A stretch of 64,000 nucleotides of DNA from Xanthobacteraceae bacterium. GTDB taxonomy: Bacteria; Pseudomonadota; Alphaproteobacteria; Rhizobiales; Xanthobacteraceae. The translations under genes and the position numbers were made by a program. The notes under the pieces are model-generated. The model made no database searches and was not told the origin of the DNA. It saw only the letters and a list, made by a program, of their open reading frames with translations. Positions 57,716-64,000 of this stretch are shown here, one piece after another (the first letter of the stretch is position 1; the number at the start of each line of letters is the position of its first letter). The DNA is taken from NCBI GenBank assembly GCA_045811525.1, contig JBJMTV010000010.1, positions 3,385 through 67,384 of the forward strand, written 5' to 3'.

Positions 57716-58582
57716 TTAGGCGCGCTCCAATCTTCGCAGCACATCGTCGAGTTGATCGATACTGCGGTAGTCGATACGCAGCACGCCGCGGTCACCGTGA
57801 TGCTCAATATGCACCTTCAGACCGAGGGCATCGGAGACGCGTCGTTCGAGCGCTGCCGTGTCGGCATCCTTCGCCGTGCGCGTGCCTCTCGTCTTGCCCG
57901 CGCCAGCACCGCGGGCCTTCGCCAGCGCCTCGACCTGACGAACGTTGAGGCCGCGCTCCACAATCTCACGCGCCATTTCCTCCGGATCCGTCGCACCGAC
58001 CAGCATGCGCGCGGCGCCGGCTGAGATCCTGCCCGCATTGATATAGGCCTTGACCGGCTCCGGCAGCTTCAACAAACGCAGCATGTTGCTCACGTGACTG
58101 CGGCTCTTGCCGATGATCTTGGCGATCTCGTCATGGCTATGCTGGTACTCGCTCGCCAAGACCTCGTAGCCGGCAGCCTCCTCGAGCGGGTTGAGATCGG
58201 AGCGCTGCACGTTCTCGATGATCGCAAGCTCCAGCGCCTCGCTGTCGGTCGCTTCCAGCGGCACGATTGGGATCTCGTGCAAGCCCGCACGTTGCGCAGC
58301 GCGCCAGCGCCGCTCACCGGCAATGATCTCGAAGCCCTGGCCGCCACGCACGGCCCGCACCACCACCGGCTGGATGACGCCGCGCTCTTTGATTGATGTC
58401 GCAAGAGCGTCGAGCTCAGCCTCGGAAAAATTGCGACGCGGATTGCGCGGATTGGGACGCAGCTGTTCGATAGGCGCGCGTCGCTGCGCGCGCGTCCGAT
58501 CCGGCGTGGAGCTCTGCGGACCCACATCGCCGATCAGTGCGGCAAGCCCACGGCCTAGCCGCGAGCGATGGTCGTCCGCCAT
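57716..58582 (-). CDS. parB: chromosome partitioning protein ParB
   Basis: RLGRGLAALI, GERRWRAA and an HTH (IAKIIGKSRSHVSNMLRLL). The start is ATG 58582. Confidence 0.95.
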   Translation of the reverse strand: MADDHRSRLGRGLAALIGDVGPQSSTPDRTRAQRRAPIEQLRPNPRNPRRNFSEAELDALATSIKERGVIQPVVVRAVRGGQGFEIIAGERRWRAAQRAGLHEIPIVPLEATDSEALELAIIENVQRSDLNPLEEAAGYEVLASEYQHSHDEIAKIIGKSRSHVSNMLRLLKLPEPVKAYINAGRISAGAARMLVGATDPEEMAREIVERGLNVRQVEALAKARGAGAGKTRGTRTAKDADTAALERRVSDALGLKVHIEHHGDRGVLRIDYRSIDQLDDVLRRLERA

Positions 58583-58598
58583 TGCGATCGCTCCCTGC

Positions 58599-59519
58599 TC
58601 ACGACGGCTCGGCTTCCTCTCCAGTGCGCGGCTCGCCCTCACTGCGAGGCGCGGCCGCGATCAACTCTTTTTCACGTTGAATGATCTCGGTGGCGAGCCG
58701 CAGATAGGCTTCGCTGCCGACGCATTTCAAATCATAGACCAGCACGGGCTTTCCGTAGGACGGCGCTTCCGAGACGCGGACGTTGCGCGGAATGATGGTG
58801 TCGTAGACCTTCTGGCCGCTGTTGGCGCGAACGTCAGCGACGACCTGGTTGGACAGATTGTTGCGCGCGTCGTGCATGGTGAGCACGATGCCATGAATGA
58901 GGAGATCGGGGTTTAGCGCGCTCTTCACGTTCTCTACGGTCTGCAGCAGTTGCGACAAGCCTTCCAGCGCAAAGAACTCGCATTGCAAGGGCACCAGGAT
59001 TGCATCTGCCGACGCAAGTGCATTGATGGTGAGAAGATTGAGCGATGGTGGACAGTCGATCAGCACGTAGCTGAACTCGGCAATACGCGAGCTGCCGCCG
59101 CGCAGAGGATAAAGCGCGTGCCGCAAGCGGAACGCGCGGTCGCGTGCTTGGCTGACCTCCAGCTCGAGCCCGGAAAGATCGAGCGTCGCCGGCACGATGC
59201 TGAGGCGCGGCACTGCCGTCGCGACCAGGGCATCCTTGAGCGTCGCCCCACCCGCGAGCACGTCGTACATCGAGTAGCGCCGATTGCGCCGTTCGATTCC
59301 GAGTCCGGTCGAGGCATTGCCCTGTGGATCGAGATCAATGATCAGCACCTGCTCGCCGATCGCGGCGAGCGCGGTGCCGAGATTGATAGCGGTGGTGGTC
59401 TTGCCAACGCCGCCCTTCTGGTTGGCAATTGCGATTACGCGCGGCGGTGCCGCGTTGGCTATCGGCGCGAGCGGAACAGCTTCTGCTGTGGCGCTCGCTG
59501 CGTGGGCGCTGTCCGTCAT
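58599..59519 (-). CDS. parA: chromosome partitioning ATPase ParA
   Basis: Deviant Walker A NQKGGVGKTTT and an IDLDPQGNAS motif. Confidence 0.95.
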   Translation of the reverse strand: MTDSAHAASATAEAVPLAPIANAAPPRVIAIANQKGGVGKTTTAINLGTALAAIGEQVLIIDLDPQGNASTGLGIERRNRRYSMYDVLAGGATLKDALVATAVPRLSIVPATLDLSGLELEVSQARDRAFRLRHALYPLRGGSSRIAEFSYVLIDCPPSLNLLTINALASADAILVPLQCEFFALEGLSQLLQTVENVKSALNPDLLIHGIVLTMHDARNNLSNQVVADVRANSGQKVYDTIIPRNVRVSEAPSYGKPVLVYDLKCVGSEAYLRLATEIIQREKELIAAAPRSEGEPRTGEEAEPS

Positions 59520-59555
59520 TCAGCGATCCGGAACGTTGCGAATCGAGAGGAGATT

Positions 59556-60245
59556 CTAAGCCGTTGTGCGGACAGGTTCCAACCGGTCAACGACGAGCAC
59601 CTGAGCGGTGGGCTCAGTCCGGCTCGATACCAAATTAACGTTAATATTCCAATATTCCCGCGCGACGCCAAGCTCCGTCTCAGCATTTTGCCCCTTGGGA
59701 AAGAGGCCGATCACTCCTGGTCTGGCGAGAAGCGGAGAAGCAAGCGCCAGCAAGGTCTTAAGCGGAGCGAGGGCGCGTGCCGTCACGACGTCCAGAGGTC
59801 CTCTGAACCCGACCGTAAAATCCTCCGCCCGCCTGCGGTGCACCTGCGCCGGAACGCCCGTCGCGCGGCACGCCTCGGTCAGGAAGGTTGCTTTTTTTCC
59901 GTTGCTTTCAACCAGATGCACGCTCGCGCCGGGGACCTCAGCAAGCGCGCACGCCACCACCAGACCAGGAAAGCCGCCGCCGGAGCCAAGATCAACCCAC
60001 ACCTTGCCACGCGGAGCTAGGGCAAGGAGTTGCAGCGAATCCGCAACATGCCTTGTCCACAACTTCGCAATGGTCGAGGCCGCGATGAGGTTCATGCGGG
60101 CCTGCCAATCGAGCAGCAGCTCTACGAAGAGTTCGAGCCGTTGCGTTGTTTCACGTGAAACCGGCGTGAGCGTCAACGCGTGCTCCCGGTCCGCAGCCAG
60201 GCCTTCCATTAACGGCAGGCCCGAGGCTGAAGGCGCACGGATCAT
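59556..60245 (-). CDS. rsmG: 16S rRNA (guanine527-N7)-methyltransferase
   Basis: VSRET N-terminal motif and a DLGSGGGFPGL SAM-binding motif. Confidence 0.9.
   Translation of the reverse strand: MIRAPSASGLPLMEGLAADREHALTLTPVSRETTQRLELFVELLLDWQARMNLIAASTIAKLWTRHVADSLQLLALAPRGKVWVDLGSGGGFPGLVVACALAEVPGASVHLVESNGKKATFLTEACRATGVPAQVHRRRAEDFTVGFRGPLDVVTARALAPLKTLLALASPLLARPGVIGLFPKGQNAETELGVAREYWNINVNLVSSRTEPTAQVLVVDRLEPVRTTA
60147..60162. promoter_or_regulatory. parS: parS centromere site (inside rsmG coding sequence)
   Basis: TGTTTCACGTGAAACC matches the ParB/Spo0J parS consensus TGTTTCACGTGAAACA at 15 of 16 positions. The 14-bp core is a perfect palindrome. Confidence 0.8.
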
Positions 60246-60276
60246 GTGCAGGAAACTTGCGGGAGCACGTTTTTCC

Positions 60277-62154
60277 TTACCGCGATGGCGCCGCGCGCCG
60301 CGCTCTGCCGTGGCGTCTCACATGTGCGAGCAGCAAGGTCAGTGCGGCGGGCGTCAGCCCGTCCATACGCCCGGCTTGGCCGATCGTGCGGGGCTTGGCC
60401 GCCTGCAGTTTCTGGCGAGCCTCGTTGGAAAGACCAGGAAGGCTCGCGTAATCCAGATCATCCGGCAAACCGAGATCCTCATCGCGCCGATAGGCCGCCA
60501 CATCAGCGGCCTGCCTTGAGAGATAAACGTCGTACTTGGCGTCCGTCTCAAGCTGCTCCGCGATACTCGGCGGCAGGTTGCCAAGCTCCGGCCATACCGC
60601 TGCCAGCTCGTGCAGCCGGATGTGTGGATAGGACAGGAGCTCGAAGGCAGTGCGGCGCTGCCCATCCTTGTTGAGGGCAAACCCGTAGCGCTCCGCAGCC
60701 GTCGGAGTGAGCGACACGGAGCGGGCAAATTCGCGCGCTGCCGCGAGTCGCATGAGTTTTTCGCCGTGACGGCGCCGGCGCTCCGGTCCGACGCAACCGA
60801 TCTCTATGCCACGCTGCGTCAAACGCTGATCGGCATTATCGGCGCGCAATGTCAGACGATACTCTGCGCGCGAGGTGAACATGCGGTAGGGTTCGCTCAC
60901 GCCTCGAGTGACGAGGTCGTCTACCATCACAGCGAGGTAGGCCTCGGCTCGGTCAAACGTCACCTCATCTCCCCCTCCTGCGCGTGCGGCAGCGTTGATC
61001 CCCGCCAGCAAGCCTTGCGCCGCCGCCTCCTCGTAGCCGGTCGTGCCGTTGATCTGCCCGGCCAGATACAGACCCGAAACCCGGCGGGCCTCGAGCGTTG
61101 GCTCGAGCTCGCGCGGGTCCACGTGATCGTACTCGATGGCATAGCCAGGCCGAACCACACGGGCATTCTCAAGCCCGGGAATGGTGGCGACAAGCGCCAG
61201 CTGGACCGCCTCCGGAAGTGCGGTTGAGATGCCATTCGGGTAGACGGTCGGATCGTCCAGTCCTTCCGGCTCGAGAAAAATCTGGTGCCCGTCCCGCTCG
61301 CCGAAGCGGACGATCTTGTCCTCGATCGATGGGCAATAGCGCGGCCCACGGCTGCCGATCTGGCCGGAATACATCGGCGAGAGGTGCACATTCTCGCGGA
61401 TGATGCGGTGCGTGGCCTCGGTGGTGCGCGTGATGCCGCACGCCACCTGAGGCTGCGCGATGTGCTCGGTCAGGACGGAGAACGGCTCGGGCGGATCGTC
61501 GCCGGGCTGCATCTCCACCGCGGTCCAGTCGATTGTGCGGCCATCGAGCCTGGGCGGAGTGCCGGTCTTGAGACGTCCTAGATGAAAGCCAAGGCGCTCG
61601 AGCGTAAGTGCCAGGCCAATGGCCGGGCCCTCCCCGACCCGGCCGGCAGCAACCTGCTGCTCGCCGATGTGGATAAGCCCACGCAGGAACGTGCCGGTGG
61701 TCAGAACGACGCAGCGCGCACCGAGCTCGCGCCCATCGGCCAGTCTCAGTCCGGCAATGGCCTCGTTGCCAATAAGGACGTCGTCGGCTTCCCCCTCGAT
61801 GACCGTGACCGCGGCGATCTCGGCAACAGCCTCCTGCATGGCCGCAGCATAGAGGCGGCGGTCAGCCTGGGCTCGGGGCCCACGCACGGCCGGCCCCTTG
61901 CGGCGGTTCAGCACGCGAAACTGGATGCCGGCGCGGTCCGCGACTCGGCCCATCAGGCCATCGAGCGCATCGATCTCCCGCACCAAGTGCCCCTTCCCCA
62001 GACCGCCAATGGCCGGATTGCAGGACATCGCACCCACGGTGGCAAAGCGATGCGTCACTAAGGCTGTGCACGCGCCCATGCGGCCGGCGGCGGCAGCCGC
62101 CTCACAACCGGCGTGACCTCCGCCAACCACAACTACGTCGTAGTGATCACTCAT
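60277..62154 (-). CDS. mnmG: tRNA uridine-5-carboxymethylaminomethyl modification enzyme MnmG
   Basis: [18 protein letters not shown] motif. The 625 aa are colinear with GidA. Confidence 0.95.
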   Translation of the reverse strand: MSDHYDVVVVGGGHAGCEAAAAAGRMGACTALVTHRFATVGAMSCNPAIGGLGKGHLVREIDALDGLMGRVADRAGIQFRVLNRRKGPAVRGPRAQADRRLYAAAMQEAVAEIAAVTVIEGEADDVLIGNEAIAGLRLADGRELGARCVVLTTGTFLRGLIHIGEQQVAAGRVGEGPAIGLALTLERLGFHLGRLKTGTPPRLDGRTIDWTAVEMQPGDDPPEPFSVLTEHIAQPQVACGITRTTEATHRIIRENVHLSPMYSGQIGSRGPRYCPSIEDKIVRFGERDGHQIFLEPEGLDDPTVYPNGISTALPEAVQLALVATIPGLENARVVRPGYAIEYDHVDPRELEPTLEARRVSGLYLAGQINGTTGYEEAAAQGLLAGINAAARAGGGDEVTFDRAEAYLAVMVDDLVTRGVSEPYRMFTSRAEYRLTLRADNADQRLTQRGIEIGCVGPERRRRHGEKLMRLAAAREFARSVSLTPTAAERYGFALNKDGQRRTAFELLSYPHIRLHELAAVWPELGNLPPSIAEQLETDAKYDVYLSRQAADVAAYRRDEDLGLPDDLDYASLPGLSNEARQKLQAAKPRTIGQAGRMDGLTPAALTLLLAHVRRHGRARRAAPSR

Positions 62155-62303
62155 CTTGCCCTTGCTCCACGGCGCGGTTTTAGCTGAGTGCCCACTGCCG
62201 TCAATGTAACGGACGTGGCGAATGCACGCTCGTGCGTCGCCCGGATGGAGCGGCCTTACCTTCCCCGGCGCTGACCTGAAACCACGGTCGGTGCGTAGCC
62301 TCC

Positions 62304-62319
62304 TGTTTCACGTGAAACC
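62304..62319. promoter_or_regulatory. parS: parS centromere site (mnmG-mnmE intergenic)
   Basis: A second TGTTTCACGTGAAACC, identical to the site at 60147. Confidence 0.8.
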
Positions 62320-62343
62320 CCTCCCCCTCTGCTTGTCGCTCTT

Positions 62344-63705
62344 TTACTTGCCGATGCAGAAGTCTCTGAAGATGACGTCGAGAACATCCTCGACATCCAC
62401 GCGCCCCAAAAGCTTGCCCAATTCGCGTACCGCCAGCCGGAGCTGCTCGGAAACAATCTCGGCGCCTTCGTCCTCCTCGACAGCCCGGCCAGCGTCCTCG
62501 AGTGAACGGACCGCCTCAACGAGATGTGCGCGTTGGCGCTCGCGCGTAACGAGCGCAGGCTCCGCGCCAAGCGCGCTCATAGCAAACTCGCCCAAGTCGT
62601 TCAGAAGCCGATCAACACCGGTTCCGGAGAAAGCAGATATAGAATGAATATTTAATTCTTTGCTGAATTTATATTCATTTCTACTTGAGTTCGCGACCAA
62701 GTCAATCTTGTTGACGACGACCCACACGCGTTGAGCGGACCCGGTCGGAATATCAGCCGGGCTGGGCTCGGGGCCCGCGGCTTCCACGACCCAGAGAGTC
62801 AAATCGGCCGACTTTGCCTGCTCGTTGGCACGGCGGACGCCCTCCTGCTCGATCGGATCCTCGGTGGCGCGGATCCCTGCCGTGTCGAGTACCGTGACAG
62901 GGTAGCCGCCCAGGTCGAGGTGAAGCTCCAGCACGTCCCTGGTCGTGCCGGGATAAGGAGACACGATCGCCGCCTCGCGGCGCGCCAGCCGGTTGAACAG
63001 CGTTGACTTCCCGGCATTCGGCGGGCCGGCGATGGCAACCCGCAGACCCTCGCGCATGCGTTCCCCGCGAGCACTGCAAGCCGAGCGGATTTCCGCCGCG
63101 AGTGTCTTGATTGTTTCAAGTGTGCGGCGCGCCGCCTCGCGCGGCACATCTTCCTCCTCGGGGAAGTCGATCCCCGCCTCGATGAGCGCCAAGACGTCGA
63201 TCAGCCGCTGGCGCCAGGTCTCCGCACGTTGTCCAAGGAAACCCTTGAGGTGCTCATAGGCCTGGCGGCGTTGCGCCGGCGTCTCTGCCGCGACGAGGTC
63301 GGCAAGACCCTCGACCGCCGTCAAATCCATGCGTCCATTCTCGAACGCTCGGCGTGTGAACTCGCCGGCCTCGGCCGGTCGCAGCCCCTCGAGCTTACCA
63401 AGAAGTCCGAGCAGGGCGGAAACAACCGCTCGACCGCCGTGCACCTGCAGTTCGGCAACGTCCTCCCCGGTCTCACTGTGCGGACCGGGAAACCAGAGCG
63501 CGAGCCCTTCATCCACGACCTCGCGACTTCCGGGATCGCGCACGCGCACGAGCGCCGCCTGGCGCGGCTTCGGCAGCCGGCCGGTCAGCTGCTCGAGTGC
63601 GTTCCCAGCCTTCGGGCCCGAAATACGAATGATCGCGATGGCCGCAGGCAGATGCCCGGAGGAGAGGGCAAAGATGGTATCGCGGCTTTCAATCATAGCC
63701 GCCAT
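62344..63705 (-). CDS. mnmE: tRNA modification GTPase MnmE
   Basis: DTIFALSSG N-terminus, a G-domain GPPNAGKST and DTAG, and a C-terminal FCIGK. Confidence 0.95.
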   Translation of the reverse strand: MAAMIESRDTIFALSSGHLPAAIAIIRISGPKAGNALEQLTGRLPKPRQAALVRVRDPGSREVVDEGLALWFPGPHSETGEDVAELQVHGGRAVVSALLGLLGKLEGLRPAEAGEFTRRAFENGRMDLTAVEGLADLVAAETPAQRRQAYEHLKGFLGQRAETWRQRLIDVLALIEAGIDFPEEEDVPREAARRTLETIKTLAAEIRSACSARGERMREGLRVAIAGPPNAGKSTLFNRLARREAAIVSPYPGTTRDVLELHLDLGGYPVTVLDTAGIRATEDPIEQEGVRRANEQAKSADLTLWVVEAAGPEPSPADIPTGSAQRVWVVVNKIDLVANSSRNEYKFSKELNIHSISAFSGTGVDRLLNDLGEFAMSALGAEPALVTRERQRAHLVEAVRSLEDAGRAVEEDEGAEIVSEQLRLAVRELGKLLGRVDVEDVLDVIFRDFCIGK

Positions 63706-63792
63706 TTAGCCCTCCGGGCGTTGGCAATATAGACGCATCCCACCTGTTGCTTTTCGTTTTGAACGAAGACTCTGGCGGAGCATTATCGGCGC

Positions 63793-64000
63793 ATGAGCTC
63801 CGCCGCGAGCACCGGTCCGGAAAATCGCCTGGCGCGTGAGACCAGTCCCTACCTGCTGCAGCATAAGCACAATCCGGTGGACTGGTGGCCGTGGGGCACC
63901 GAAGCGCTTGCCGAGGCCAAACGCAGCAACAAGCCAATCCTGCTCTCCGTCGGCTATGCCGCTTGTCACTGGTGCCACGTGATGGCGCATGAGAGCTTCG
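63793..64000 (+). CDS. thioredoxin-domain (DUF255/YyaL-type) protein, N-terminal part (runs off the right edge)
   Basis: Own translation from ATG 63793: [76 protein letters not shown] and CHWCHVM are DUF255 signatures. Confidence 0.85.
   Translation, partial: MSSAASTGPENRLARETSPYLLQHKHNPVDWWPWGTEALAEAKRSNKPILLSVGYAACHWCHVMAHESF

Noticed and set aside
57716-63705. A chromosomal replication origin in the parAB-rsmG-mnmG-mnmE cluster.
   Set aside because: I found only one 8-of-9 DnaA-box-like match (TGTGGATAG, 60623-60631, inside mnmG). There is no cluster of boxes, no AT-rich unwinding element and no dnaA gene. Alphaproteobacterial origins are generally located elsewhere.

Overview
High-GC (by eye about 65%) chromosomal segment with alphaproteobacterial gene content and synteny, most like Hyphomicrobiales/Bradyrhizobiaceae (inference from protein motifs and gene order only). 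Both flanks are core housekeeping DNA. The left flank holds uppP, queG, infC-rpmI-rplT-pheS-pheT and ugd. The right flank holds a thioredoxin/LON-N/Trm112 group, ubiH-like, tesB, glnK-amtB, ftsK-lolA, xthA, leuS-lptE-holA and the partition cluster parB-parA-rsmG-mnmG-mnmE, which carries two consensus parS sites. Between tRNA-Thr(CGU) at 16933 and tRNA-Gly(GCC) at 36933 lies about 20 kb of accessory-looking metabolic and transport genes: creatininase-family, hydrolases, LLM oxidoreductase, GGT, Bug/TctC binding protein, FTR1 permease, FkbM methyltransferase and an amidohydrolase plus ABC importer operon. This segment also contains an orphan tRNA-Arg 3' half, a mirrored pair of ArsR-SRPBCC-VOC cassettes, and low-GC patches encoding cell-wall hydrolases. 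At least three families of palindromic intergenic repeats are visible, including three tandem 190-bp units. I found no CRISPR array, transposase, integrase, rRNA, or recognisable defence or secretion system. The best candidate for an uncharacterised system is the duplicated ArsR-SRPBCC-VOC module with its palindromic operators, and this is a hypothesis only. Many long ORFs in the track are antisense shadows of real genes and were not called. Several start codons are reassigned from the track and remain uncertain.
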